A stretch of 58,810 nucleotides of DNA from Bacteroidales bacterium (GTDB lineage: Bacteria; Bacteroidota; Bacteroidia; Bacteroidales; UBA12170), in NCBI GenBank assembly GCA_041592395.1, contig JBFHQD010000001.1:1-58810 (forward strand), in the 5' to 3' direction. The stretch's first letter is position 1. Every line of letters begins with the position of its first letter. Under the pieces are notes generated by a model. The model had not been told where the DNA came from. It did not search any database and worked only from the letters and a program-made list of their open reading frames with translations. Shown here piece by piece: positions 41,089 through 51,188 of the stretch. A program made the translations under genes and the position numbers.

Positions 41089-42879
41089 ATGCAAGTGACT
41101 AGGACTTTTGATATTTTGGAACGCTTACGTCAGAATTTTATGTGCGAAGATGCATTGGCAGTTAAGCGGAATAAAAAATGGGATGTTTTTTCCACACAGG
41201 AATATTTAGACAATGCCTATGATTTTGCCTATGGGCTTTTGGCTTTGGGTTATAAAAAAGGGGAAAAAATTGGCTCGGTTTCTAATAATCGGCCGGAATG
41301 GAATTTTATTGATATGGGCATGGCCATGGCAGGAATTATTCATGTGCCTATTTATCCCACAATCTCAGATGCTGAGTATGAATATATTTTGGCGCATTCT
41401 GAAGTTAAAACTTTGATTGTTTCGGATAAGTTATTATTTAAACGTCTCCTTCCTTTGTCAGAAAAAGTAAATACCATTGAAAATGTGTATGTTTTTGATG
41501 AGGGTATAGAAAATGCCAAATCGTGGACAGAAATTCGGGATTTAGGAACTCAAAATAGAGCTAAATATAAAGAGGAGCTAGAAAAAATAAAGGCGTCTAT
41601 TCTACCGGATGATTTGGTAACGATTATTTATACGAGTGGAACTACCGGAAATAGTAAGGGCGTTATGCTTTCGCATACCAATTTGGTTTCTAATGTGATT
41701 GCTACAACAAATATTCAGCCTTTAGAGTTTGGTGATAAAGCATTGAGTTTCTTGCCTTTATGTCATAGTTACGAGCGCATGCTGAATATGAATTTTCAGT
41801 ACAAAGGAATACGGGTTTACTATGCCGAGAATATGGCCACTATTGTGGATAATTTAAAGGAAATTAATCCGGATGGTTTTAGCTCTGTACCCCGTTTACT
41901 CGAACGTGTTTTTGATAAAATAATGGCCAAAGGAAAAGACTTGGAAGGAATTAAGAAAAAGATTTTCTTCTGGGCAGTTAATCTTGGCTTACGTTATGAA
42001 TTGAATAATGAAAATGGTTGGTGGTATGCACAACAGCTTAAACTCGCCCGAAAATTGATTTTTTCGAAATGGCAAGAAGCTTTAGGTGGTAATGTAAAGA
42101 TTATAATTTCGGGTGGTGCTGCCTTGCAAGAGCGATTGGCGCGGATTTTTCATGCGGCAGGTATCGCTGTTATCGAAGGTTATGGATTAACCGAAACATC
42201 ACCCGTCATTGCCGTCAATCATTATGAATATCCCGAAATAAAATTCGGAACTGTTGGTCCCGTACTGGAAGGTGTAGAAGTTAAGATAGCCGAAGATGGC
42301 GAAATCCTGGCAAAAGGACCCAATATTATGCTTGGCTATTATAAAGCCCCCGATTTAACCGATGAAGTTATTGATAAAGAGGGATGGTTTCATACGGGTG
42401 ATATTGGGATTTTTGTAGACAATAAATATTTGAAAATTACCGACCGTAAAAAAGAAATATTTAAATTGTCATCCGGCAAGTATATTGCTCCTCAAGCCGT
42501 TGAAAATATCTGTAAAGAATCAATGTTTATCGAAAATGTAATGGTTATTGGCGAAAATGAGAAATTTGCAAGTGCCTTGGTGTCGCCCGATTTTAATCAT
42601 TTGCATTTTTGGGCAACAAAACATAAAGTTCACTACCGTGATAACGAAGAACTGGTTCGTGTTCCCGAAGTCATTAAACGCTATCAAAAAGAAATGAATG
42701 AGATAAATAAGCGATTGGGTGAAACGGAAAAAATTAAACGTTTTCGCTTGGTATGTTCCGAGTGGACTCCGGCAACAGGAGAGTTGTCTCCGACCTTAAA
42801 GCTGAAACGTAAGTTTTTGTACGAAAAATACGATCACATTGTGAAAGAAATCTTCATGTCATCAAATGGCAATGAATGA
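41089..42879 (+). CDS. fadD: Long-chain fatty acid-CoA ligase, paralog 1
   Basis: YTSGTTG..KG, FLPLCH, EGYGLTETSP, FHTGDIG, SPTLKLKR. Confidence 0.92.
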   Translation: MQVTRTFDILERLRQNFMCEDALAVKRNKKWDVFSTQEYLDNAYDFAYGLLALGYKKGEKIGSVSNNRPEWNFIDMGMAMAGIIHVPIYPTISDAEYEYILAHSEVKTLIVSDKLLFKRLLPLSEKVNTIENVYVFDEGIENAKSWTEIRDLGTQNRAKYKEELEKIKASILPDDLVTIIYTSGTTGNSKGVMLSHTNLVSNVIATTNIQPLEFGDKALSFLPLCHSYERMLNMNFQYKGIRVYYAENMATIVDNLKEINPDGFSSVPRLLERVFDKIMAKGKDLEGIKKKIFFWAVNLGLRYELNNENGWWYAQQLKLARKLIFSKWQEALGGNVKIIISGGAALQERLARIFHAAGIAVIEGYGLTETSPVIAVNHYEYPEIKFGTVGPVLEGVEVKIAEDGEILAKGPNIMLGYYKAPDLTDEVIDKEGWFHTGDIGIFVDNKYLKITDRKKEIFKLSSGKYIAPQAVENICKESMFIENVMVIGENEKFASALVSPDFNHLHFWATKHKVHYRDNEELVRVPEVIKRYQKEMNEINKRLGETEKIKRFRLVCSEWTPATGELSPTLKLKRKFLYEKYDHIVKEIFMSSNGNE

Positions 42880-42898
42880 TCATGTTTATTTAAGAAGG

Positions 42899-42934
42899 GA
42901 AACGCTTTGCAATTTTTTGTGAAGCGTTTTTTTT
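42899..42934 (+). terminator. Intrinsic terminator after fadD1
   Basis: AAACGCTT...AAGCGTTT followed by a T tract. Confidence 0.7.
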
Positions 42935-42955
42935 ATTCTCAAAATTTAATAAAAA

Positions 42956-42970
42956 TACTATGCATGCATA
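42956..42970. promoter_or_regulatory. Palindromic operator TACTATGCATGCATA upstream of fadD2
   Basis: Lies 10 bp before TATATTTG (42981-42988); 14-bp exact reverse-complement match to the site at 45393. Confidence 0.7.
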
Positions 42971-43023
42971 AAACATTTTCTATATTTGTGTCGACCATAA
43001 CCTAAATAAAAAAACAAAATACA

Positions 43024-44814
43024 ATGGAATCAGTAACACGTACATTTGATATCCTGACTTATGCCGAAACGAATTTTCCGCAAGAATCAGCGTTAGCAGT
43101 AAAAAGAAATGGGAAATGGGAGCGATTCAGCACAGCTGAGTATCGCACTGAAGTGGATAATTTTAGCTATGGTTTATTAGCTTTAGGGTTTAATAAAGAT
43201 GATAAAATAGCTACAGTGAGTAACAATCGACCGGAATGGAATTTTATCGATTTCGGTATGGCGCAAATAGGTGTTGTTCATGTGGGTATTTATCCAACAA
43301 TTAGCGAAACGGAATACTTGCATATCTTGTCTCATTCCGAATCAAAAATTCTTATTGTTGCGAATAAAGATTTGTACGAGTTACTTTATCCTGTTTTTGA
43401 AAAGCTGGATAATTTGCAAGAGATTTATACGATTGATGATGTTAAAGGAGCCAAGAATTGGCGCGAAATTAGTAAGCTGGGTGAGAAAAAAGCCGATGAA
43501 TTCCGCGAGATTCTTAAACAAAAGAAGGCCGTAATTAAACCCAACGATTTACTTACCTTAATCTATACTTCAGGCACTACCGGTCTTTCAAAAGGCGTAA
43601 TGTTAACCCATAATAATATTGTGAGTAACGTAAAAATCGCTCAAAAATGTGTTCCCTATAGCAGCGTTGGGGATGAAGTTTTGAGTTTCCTTCCGCTTTG
43701 TCATATCCTCGAACGAACAGGAAATTATCTGTGGCAATCGATAGGAGCTAAGATACATTATGCTGAAAGTATCGAAACCATTGGGGAAGATATGAAGGAT
43801 ATCAAAGTAAAAATGTTTATTACCGTTCCTCGTGTTTTCGAAAAAGTATACGATAAAATTATAAATAAAGGCCGAGAACTCACCGGCATTAAAAAAGCAT
43901 TGTTTTTCTGGGCGGTTCGTTTGGGCGACCAGCTTAAAGCAAATCCTGCCGAACGTTCTTTTTGGTATAATTTTAAACTCAAAATTGCAAACAAGTTAAT
44001 TTTTAGCAAGTGGAGAGAAGCATTGGGTGGAGAACTAAAAGGCGTTATTAGTGGGGGTGCTGCCCTGCAACCTCGTTTGGCACGAATCTTTAGAGCCGCC
44101 GGTATTCGGGTGCAAGAAGGGTATGGTCTTACCGAAACTTCGCCTATCGTTTCCGCTACTATGGCGGATTACCCGGGTGTTAAATGGGGAAGCGCCGGAC
44201 TAATTCCATCTGAAGTAGAGGTGAAAATTGCCGAAGATGGTGAAATTCTAGTCCGCGGCGAGAACGTGATGGTCGGTTATTATAAAGATCCTGAAAAAAC
44301 ACGCGAAGCTTTAACAGAAGACGGTTGGTTTCATACCGGAGATATTGGTAATGTGGACGAAAACAAGATGCTCAGTATAACGGATAGAAAAAAGGAAATT
44401 TTTAAATTGAGCGGTGGAAAATATGTGGCTCCTCATCTGATAGAAAATACGTTTAAAGAGTCTCAATTTATCGAGAACATTATGGTAGTTGGTGAAAATG
44501 AGAAATTTACAGGCGCTCTCATTTCACCCAATTTCGAATTCTTGCACAATTGGTGTCATATTCATAGAATCAAATACCGCGATAATAAAGATTTAATACA
44601 TTTACCTAAAATAATCGATCGCTATCAAAAAGAAGTCGAGGTGTTGAATAAAAGCCTTGACCATATTGCGCAAATAAAAGTATTCCGTTTGGTGTGTGAT
44701 GAGTGGAGTGCAGCAAGTGGCGAACTATCGCCAACACTTAAACTGAAACGGAGGGTTGTAATGAAAAAATACGATCATTTGTTGCAAGAAATTTATCCGA
44801 AAGAAGATCTCTAA
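43024..44814 (+). CDS. fadD: Long-chain fatty acid-CoA ligase, paralog 2
   Basis: Same AMP-binding motifs; same length (596 aa) and collinear with paralog 1. Confidence 0.92.
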   Translation: MESVTRTFDILTYAETNFPQESALAVKRNGKWERFSTAEYRTEVDNFSYGLLALGFNKDDKIATVSNNRPEWNFIDFGMAQIGVVHVGIYPTISETEYLHILSHSESKILIVANKDLYELLYPVFEKLDNLQEIYTIDDVKGAKNWREISKLGEKKADEFREILKQKKAVIKPNDLLTLIYTSGTTGLSKGVMLTHNNIVSNVKIAQKCVPYSSVGDEVLSFLPLCHILERTGNYLWQSIGAKIHYAESIETIGEDMKDIKVKMFITVPRVFEKVYDKIINKGRELTGIKKALFFWAVRLGDQLKANPAERSFWYNFKLKIANKLIFSKWREALGGELKGVISGGAALQPRLARIFRAAGIRVQEGYGLTETSPIVSATMADYPGVKWGSAGLIPSEVEVKIAEDGEILVRGENVMVGYYKDPEKTREALTEDGWFHTGDIGNVDENKMLSITDRKKEIFKLSGGKYVAPHLIENTFKESQFIENIMVVGENEKFTGALISPNFEFLHNWCHIHRIKYRDNKDLIHLPKIIDRYQKEVEVLNKSLDHIAQIKVFRLVCDEWSAASGELSPTLKLKRRVVMKKYDHLLQEIYPKEDL

Positions 44815-44820
44815 AGGACA

Positions 44821-45297
44821 ATGGAAACAAATTCTACAGTCGAATACCTGAAAAATCAACTGGATAAACCATTTACGCAAAGTATTTCGCCTTCCACTTT
44901 GTTGTTGGGCGGTACTTTGCGTCATATCGCAGTGGGTGAAACTTGGGTTGATTATCCTATAAAACACGATTTGACCAATCCTATCGGGATGATACAAGGC
45001 GGGTTTTTAGCGGCAATTATTGATGATACCATTGGAATTGCTTTTTTTAGTATGGAACCTAAATTTATGTTTACAACTACAAACCTCAATGTAAACTATT
45101 TGTTTGGTGCACGGAAAGGCGAAATAGTGAGAGCCAAGGCGAATGTGATTCGAATGGGAAAAAAAATTGCTAATTTTGAATGTAAAGTTTACAATATGAA
45201 AGGCGATGTAATTGCAAGCTCTACCTCAAATTTAGTGGTTACTACAGTTAAAGCAATCCGCTTTGTTGATGTGCAAGCACAACTAAAATCAAAGTAA
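44821..45297 (+). CDS. PaaI-family hotdog thioesterase
   Basis: NPIGMIQGGFLAAIIDD motif. Confidence 0.85.
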   Translation: METNSTVEYLKNQLDKPFTQSISPSTLLLGGTLRHIAVGETWVDYPIKHDLTNPIGMIQGGFLAAIIDDTIGIAFFSMEPKFMFTTTNLNVNYLFGARKGEIVRAKANVIRMGKKIANFECKVYNMKGDVIASSTSNLVVTTVKAIRFVDVQAQLKSK

Positions 45298-45392
45298 ATC
45301 ATCAATTTATAAGTCGTATAAATATTTTTAAATTAGTATAAATCAAATAATTAGATTGATTTCTTATTTAGATTCAAAATAAAAAATAAACA

Positions 45393-45406
45393 ATGCATGC
45401 ATAGTA
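45393..45406. promoter_or_regulatory. Second copy of the operator (ATGCATGCATAGTA) upstream of the FadF-like gene
   Basis: Exact reverse complement of 42956-42969. Confidence 0.7.
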
Positions 45407-45507
45407 GTTGTGTTCTGTTGCTTAATTAATTAATATTGTAAAAGAAATCAAAATTAAAACAGAGTAAGGCAATTGAAAGCCGCTCTTGTTAGACAAAATT
45501 TAAAGCT

Positions 45508-47583
45508 ATGATATCAAGTATTACATTTTTAGTTGTATTGGCTATAACCATTTTTCTTTTTTACCGAAGCATTAATACGATTGTTAAAAACATTAAGCTC
45601 GGAAAACCACTCGAAATAAATGATCAAAAAGGAAAACGGTGGAAAACCATGTTTTTAGTCGCTATTGGGCAAAGTAAAATGGTTAAACGTCCTATTGCGG
45701 GAGTGCTCCACATTATGGTTTATGTTGGTTTTATAATGGTTAATATCGAAATGCTCGAAATTTTAATCGATGGCATTTCGGGTAGTCACCGTGTTTTTGC
45801 CTTTATTCCTTATTATAATGTGTTGGTGTCTGTTTTTGAAGTATTTGCCTTAATGGTAATTGTGGCCTGTTTGGTATTTCTTTTCCGTAGAAATGGTTTG
45901 CGTCTTTCGCGCTTTCATAAAGCTGAAATGACGGCTTGGCCTAAGCTTGATGCCAATATAATTTTGATAACCGAAGTTTTATTAATGACCGCTTTGTTTT
46001 CGATGAACGCTGCCGATCAAGTATTGCAGATGAAAGGGGTTGAGCATTATCCTCAAACAGGGGCCTTTCTGATCAGTGGATTTTTAGTGCCGCTTTTTTC
46101 GGGCTTTTCGGTTTCAACTTTAGAGTTTATTGATGGTTTTGGCTGGTGGTTTCACATTGTTGGTGTTTTTGCCTTTTTGAACTATATTCCCTATTCAAAA
46201 CATTTTCACGTTTTCTTAGCCTTCCCCAATGTCTATTACTCCAAACTAAAACCGGCGACATACATTAGCAATATGGAAGCCGTTACCAATGAAGTTAAAA
46301 TTGCCATGGGAATTATCTCGGAGGAGGAAGCCGGAACGGAAGAAGTGGCGCGCTTTGGTGCTAAAGATGTTCGCGATTTAACGTGGAAAAGTTTATCCGA
46401 TGCCTATACGTGTACAGAATGTGGTCGCTGTACCGATGTTTGTCCGGCAAACCTTACAGGGAAGAAACTTTCACCGCGAAAAATCATAATGGATACACGC
46501 GATCGATTAGAGATTGTTGGTAAAGGTGTGGCTAAAAATGGCGCTGATTTTGATGATAATAAAGCGCTTTGGGGCGATTATATCAGTGCGGAAGAACTTT
46601 GGGCATGTACCACTTGTAATGCCTGTACAAATGAATGTCCGGTTGATATTGATCATGTTTCTATTATTATGGAACTTCGTCGCTATAGCTCTTTAGAAGA
46701 GGCTTCGACGCCTGCAACTTTAAATGGTGCATTAACAAATATCGAGAATAATGGAGCTCCTTGGCAGTTTTCAGCGGAAGATCGTTTGTTATGGGCTGAG
46801 GGATTAAATATTCCTGTTATGGCTGATGTTTTTAATGCCGGGAAAAAACCGGAATATTTGTTTTGGGTGAGTTCAGCAGGTGCTTTCGACGATCGTTATA
46901 AAAAAGTTGTGCGCAGTTTTGTTAAAATCCTAAACCATTTAAAAACAGATTTTGCCGTATTGGGCAAAGAAGAAAGCGATAGTGGCGACGTTGCTCGTCG
47001 TGCCGGAAACGAAATGCTTTTTCAAATGCAAGCTTTGATGAATATCGAAACTTTAAATGCTTATGAAGTGAAAAAAATTGTTTGTTGCGATCCGCACGAT
47101 TTCAATACGCTTAAAAATGAATATCCTGATTTAGATGGTAATTACGAAGTTATTCATCATACCCAATTCTTGCAAGAGCAAATAGCCGCCGGAAATCTTA
47201 AGATTGATGGTGAGGCCTTTAAAGGAAGCACAATTACGTATCACGATCCATGTTATTTGGGTCGAGGAAATGGTGAATATGATGCGCCTCGCGATGTACT
47301 TGCCGCTATTCCTTCTGTTAAAGTAGAGATGAAAAATAACAAAGCATCGAGCCTTTGTTGCGGTGCCGGCGGTGGCCAAATGTTTAAAGAAGCGGAAACC
47401 GGCGATAAAGAAATCTTTATGGAACGTACTGAGCAAGCGCTTGAAACAGGATGTTCTATCGTGGCAACGGCTTGTCCTTTCTGTATGGCTATGATTACCG
47501 ACGGAATCAAGTATAAACAAAAAGAAGCAGAGGTAAAGAATTATGATATTGCTGAACTTGTTGCTATTTCGATGAATTTATAA
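45508..47583 (+). CDS. fadF: Membrane Fe-S oxidoreductase, FadF / ETF:menaquinone oxidoreductase-like
   Basis: TM domain with His (YSKHFH), CTECGRC..VCP and CTTCNAC..ECP ferredoxin motifs, C-terminal CCG domain (HDPC, CCGAGGG, ACPFC). Confidence 0.8.
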   Translation: MISSITFLVVLAITIFLFYRSINTIVKNIKLGKPLEINDQKGKRWKTMFLVAIGQSKMVKRPIAGVLHIMVYVGFIMVNIEMLEILIDGISGSHRVFAFIPYYNVLVSVFEVFALMVIVACLVFLFRRNGLRLSRFHKAEMTAWPKLDANIILITEVLLMTALFSMNAADQVLQMKGVEHYPQTGAFLISGFLVPLFSGFSVSTLEFIDGFGWWFHIVGVFAFLNYIPYSKHFHVFLAFPNVYYSKLKPATYISNMEAVTNEVKIAMGIISEEEAGTEEVARFGAKDVRDLTWKSLSDAYTCTECGRCTDVCPANLTGKKLSPRKIIMDTRDRLEIVGKGVAKNGADFDDNKALWGDYISAEELWACTTCNACTNECPVDIDHVSIIMELRRYSSLEEASTPATLNGALTNIENNGAPWQFSAEDRLLWAEGLNIPVMADVFNAGKKPEYLFWVSSAGAFDDRYKKVVRSFVKILNHLKTDFAVLGKEESDSGDVARRAGNEMLFQMQALMNIETLNAYEVKKIVCCDPHDFNTLKNEYPDLDGNYEVIHHTQFLQEQIAAGNLKIDGEAFKGSTITYHDPCYLGRGNGEYDAPRDVLAAIPSVKVEMKNNKASSLCCGAGGGQMFKEAETGDKEIFMERTEQALETGCSIVATACPFCMAMITDGIKYKQKEAEVKNYDIAELVAISMNL

Positions 47584-47608
47584 GTTTTACTGTTCCTTTT
47601 ATAAACTT

Positions 47609-47640
47609 AAGCCGCATTTTTGTAATTTGCGGCTTTTTCT
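47609..47640 (+). terminator. Probable terminator after the fadF-like gene
   Basis: AAGCCGCA-loop-TGCGGCTTTTT. Confidence 0.65.
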
Positions 47641-47647
47641 ATACTTT

Positions 47648-48451
47648 ATGAAAAACCGAATTATTCCTTTTCTTTTCCTTTTATTATCGATAAATTCATT
47701 CGCTCAATCCAATGACTTTCCTTTTCAGTCCGGCGAAAAATTAACTTATTCGGCACATTACCATTGGGGTTTGTTTTGGATGGAAGCGGGCGAAGTTATT
47801 TTTCAAGTCGAGACCAAAACCTCGGAGCGGGGTAAAGTGCTTATGATGAAAAGTATAGGACGAACACTGCCCAAATACGATTGGTTATTTAAAGTTCGCG
47901 ATACTTTTTCGAGCACTGCCTTGTATCCTGATATGAAACCGCTAACTTTTAAGCGATCGAATAGCGAAGGGAAAGATTGGGTAAGAAACAATTATGTCTT
48001 TGATTATCCACAAAACCTTTTAGCACGCGATATGGAAAGCAATACTTTTCCGCGACGAATAGATACCATTGTTCTCCCCAATGTAAAGTTATTGGATATT
48101 CAAACGGCCGTGTATTATGCCAGATTATGGAATTTAGAAAAAGCCAAACCGGGCGATCAGCGTATATTGCAGATTATGCTGGTCGGTGAGTTTTTTACCA
48201 TTCCGATGACTTATCAGGGCAAAGAAATTGTAAAGCACGAAAATGGGAAACGTTATCGCTGTCATAAAATAACAACCGAAGTTGTTGCGGGTTTGATATT
48301 TAAAGCCAATCAGGAGATAAGTATTTATGTTTCGGACGATAAAAATCAAATCCCAATTGTTGTTAAAGCGCCTATTTTAATCGGAAAAGTCGAAGCTTAT
48401 CTTCAGCAAACTGAAAAGGTAAATTTTCCAAAGGAAATTATTAGCGATTAA
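47648..48451 (+). CDS. DUF3108-domain secreted protein
   Basis: Signal peptide SFA|Q, FQSGEKLTY, YDWLFKVRD, SDDKNQIP; ATG at 47648. Confidence 0.8.
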   Translation: MKNRIIPFLFLLLSINSFAQSNDFPFQSGEKLTYSAHYHWGLFWMEAGEVIFQVETKTSERGKVLMMKSIGRTLPKYDWLFKVRDTFSSTALYPDMKPLTFKRSNSEGKDWVRNNYVFDYPQNLLARDMESNTFPRRIDTIVLPNVKLLDIQTAVYYARLWNLEKAKPGDQRILQIMLVGEFFTIPMTYQGKEIVKHENGKRYRCHKITTEVVAGLIFKANQEISIYVSDDKNQIPIVVKAPILIGKVEAYLQQTEKVNFPKEIISD

Positions 48452-50895
48452 TCTGTTTTTAAAATATCTACGGGATTGGTTCTGGCCGTAATATAGGTTT
48501 TTAAACTCACGGTTAGCAAACCGATAAACAGCGAGAAGAGCGCAGCCCAAACAAACCCTTCTAATCCTAATTCAATTCGTATTGCAAAATCGCTAAGCCA
48601 ATTTTTCAAGAAAAACCATGCCGGAAGCCAAGCAATTAAATTTGCAATGAGGATAAGAATTGTAAATTCTTTGGAAAGTGTAAACATAATCCGTCCCAAG
48701 GAAGCCCCCAAAATTTTTCGTATGCTTATTTCGGCACTTCTTTGCTCGGTAATAAAAGCCGCTAATCCGTACAAACCCATTCCGGCCAGCAATAGCGCAA
48801 TAAAAGTAAAGAAGTAAAACACATTGCCCATGCGTGTGTCGTTGGTATAAATATTGTCGTAAGTTTTATCTAAAAAGGAATAGGAAAAGGGGACTTTTGG
48901 TAAATAATTATTCCAAGTTTTTTCTATTTCCATTATCGTGTTATCTAATTCATTACCCGATATTTTAACGATGATATATTTGTAAAAGCGAGGAAATATA
49001 TGAACCATCAAGGGGTTAATCTCGGTATGAAAAGAGGCATAATGAAAATCTTTTACAACGCCGATTATAGTTCCTACTTTGGGCTCTTTTAAGGCATAGC
49101 TAAAGATCATTTTTTTCCCAACGGGGTCTTTGATATTGTATTTTGCAACGGCCGATTCATTAATAATAAAAGCGGAGGTAGAATCAGATATATTTTCTTC
49201 GGAAAAAGTTCTTCCTTCTGCCATTTCCAATCCAAAAGCATTCAAGAAATCGTGGTCGGCACAAAGCATACGTACCCCAATCCTGTCGCTACGTTCTCCT
49301 TCATTTGTAGTATCGCGACCGAGTTCAGGAACACGAACACCATAAACACCAAAACGCTCGCCCGGAATATTTGAACTTCCCGAAACAGATTCAACACCTG
49401 TTATTTGCTTTAATTCGTTTTTTAGTTTTGGCAGGTATTTGATATTGCTTTGACCCGATAGTGGCAGAACCACAACTTGTTCTTTGTTAAATCCTATATC
49501 TGTGTTTTGTATAAACCGAAGCTGTTTAGCCACTGTAAAAGCAGTAATTGTTAGAAAAATACTTATGGCAAATTGCGATACGACCAAAAACCGACGAAGT
49601 GCCAAATTAAGGAAATCGTTTTTTCCTGCACTTATTTTTGTGGATAGAATTTTGCTGGTTTTATACCTCGACATAAATACCGAGGGATAAATACCGGAGA
49701 GTATGCTTAATCCTAAAATCACCAGAATAAAATAGATGATGCTCTCCTTTTCAAGTAATTGATTCAGTTCTAGGTTTTTTCCGGCAAAAGCATTGAAATA
49801 GGGGAAGCTCAATTCGACCAAGACCAACGAAATTAATAGTGATGCAAAAACCAATGCAAAAGATTCGCTAATAAACTGGATGAAAATGCTGCCGGTATTC
49901 GCGCCCATAACTTTTCGCATACCTATTTCTTTAGCCCTTTTGATAGAGCTTGCCGTAGCCAGATTAGTGTAATTTATTGCGGCTAAGATTAATATGAAAA
50001 TACCAATGGTAATATAAATAATGATATACTCATAATTACCATTGTTTTCGAGCTCTTTTTCGGCATGGCTCTTCAGGTGAATATCGCTTATCGGTATAAA
50101 AAGCATTTTGCCTTGCAATCCTGCAAATCGATTGGTAAGCGAATCTTTTTCAAGTATTTTTTTTAATTCGCTATCCATTTTTGTTTGCAAATGTGCTTGC
50201 AACTCTTTCCCTTTTTCTTTTGAATAGGCTTTTAAATAGGTGTAAAAAACCATGGGTCCGGCAGAGTCGACACGCGACCATTCTTGATGCAATTTCATCA
50301 TCGAAAAAACAACATCGAAATGAAAATGCGAGTTTGGAGGAACGTCTTCAAATACAGCTGAAATCGTGAATTTTTCATTGTCCACCTCCACTTGGTTTCC
50401 TGCAGCATAAGAAGTGCCAAATAATTGATTGGCAATTTTATTAGAAACCATTATTTTGTTGGCAGCATTGAGTAAATCACCCGTATCGCTTTGTATTAAA
50501 GGGAAGGAAAATACATCCAGAAAAGTAGAATCGGCAAAAATCATCCTTTTCTCCGAAGTGCTATTTCCACTGGCATAGAGATAGGGCGGATTAAAAATGT
50601 CCATTATTCGACTGGTAACCGCAAGTTCGCTGTGATTTTTAGCTATATCGTAACTTAAATTCCCTTCTGTTGTTGCCCAAAGTTGATTTTTGTCGCCCCA
50701 TTTGTATTCTTCTTCTACTCGAAAAATATTTTGATAATCTTTATGAAATTTATCAAAATTCAATTCGTCGTTGATATACAAAAAAATTAAAATACTCGTG
50801 GCTAAACCAAATGCCAAACCAAAAATATTGATGATGGAATACACCTTATTTTTGTATAAAAACCGCGTTGTTGTTTTAATGATGTTTGTGAGCAT
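48448..50895 (-). CDS. MacB/FtsX-type ABC transporter permease (duplicated architecture)
   Basis: INIFGLAFG, RAKEIGMRKVMGA, LVVSQF, IGVVKDFH, EISIRKILGAS, NPVDILK. Confidence 0.92.
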   Translation of the reverse strand: MLTNIIKTTTRFLYKNKVYSIINIFGLAFGLATSILIFLYINDELNFDKFHKDYQNIFRVEEEYKWGDKNQLWATTEGNLSYDIAKNHSELAVTSRIMDIFNPPYLYASGNSTSEKRMIFADSTFLDVFSFPLIQSDTGDLLNAANKIMVSNKIANQLFGTSYAAGNQVEVDNEKFTISAVFEDVPPNSHFHFDVVFSMMKLHQEWSRVDSAGPMVFYTYLKAYSKEKGKELQAHLQTKMDSELKKILEKDSLTNRFAGLQGKMLFIPISDIHLKSHAEKELENNGNYEYIIIYITIGIFILILAAINYTNLATASSIKRAKEIGMRKVMGANTGSIFIQFISESFALVFASLLISLVLVELSFPYFNAFAGKNLELNQLLEKESIIYFILVILGLSILSGIYPSVFMSRYKTSKILSTKISAGKNDFLNLALRRFLVVSQFAISIFLTITAFTVAKQLRFIQNTDIGFNKEQVVVLPLSGQSNIKYLPKLKNELKQITGVESVSGSSNIPGERFGVYGVRVPELGRDTTNEGERSDRIGVRMLCADHDFLNAFGLEMAEGRTFSEENISDSTSAFIINESAVAKYNIKDPVGKKMIFSYALKEPKVGTIIGVVKDFHYASFHTEINPLMVHIFPRFYKYIIVKISGNELDNTIMEIEKTWNNYLPKVPFSYSFLDKTYDNIYTNDTRMGNVFYFFTFIALLLAGMGLYGLAAFITEQRSAEISIRKILGASLGRIMFTLSKEFTILILIANLIAWLPAWFFLKNWLSDFAIRIELGLEGFVWAALFSLFIGLLTVSLKTYITARTNPVDILKTD

Positions 50896-50903
50896 TTGCG
50901 GGC

Positions 50904-51170
50904 TTAGTTTGTTTGTTTTTGTTTGAGTAGAATAGGAATCTTTTGCTGTGTTTCTGAATAAATTTCAGCCACTTGCCACTTGTTTTCAATCGCTTTAATT
51001 TTCTTTTTTAGGAATTCGGCCGCTGATAAACGCATTGGATTATCATTTTCCAAGTCCCATATTTCGAAGCGATACATTGGAATAGCTTTTCCTCCTGAAT
51101 GTTGAATTTGAATATCAAAATGCTCATCAGAAGATGCATCAGGAAGCACTATTTTTATTTCATTTGGCAT
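50904..51170 (-). CDS. Small hypothetical protein within the ABC operon
   Basis: 88-aa ORF filling the gap between ATPase and permease (18- and 8-bp spacers). Confidence 0.7.
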   Translation of the reverse strand: MPNEIKIVLPDASSDEHFDIQIQHSGGKAIPMYRFEIWDLENDNPMRLSAAEFLKKKIKAIENKWQVAEIYSETQQKIPILLKQKQTN

Positions 51171-51188
51171 ATAACTGTTTAGAAACGT

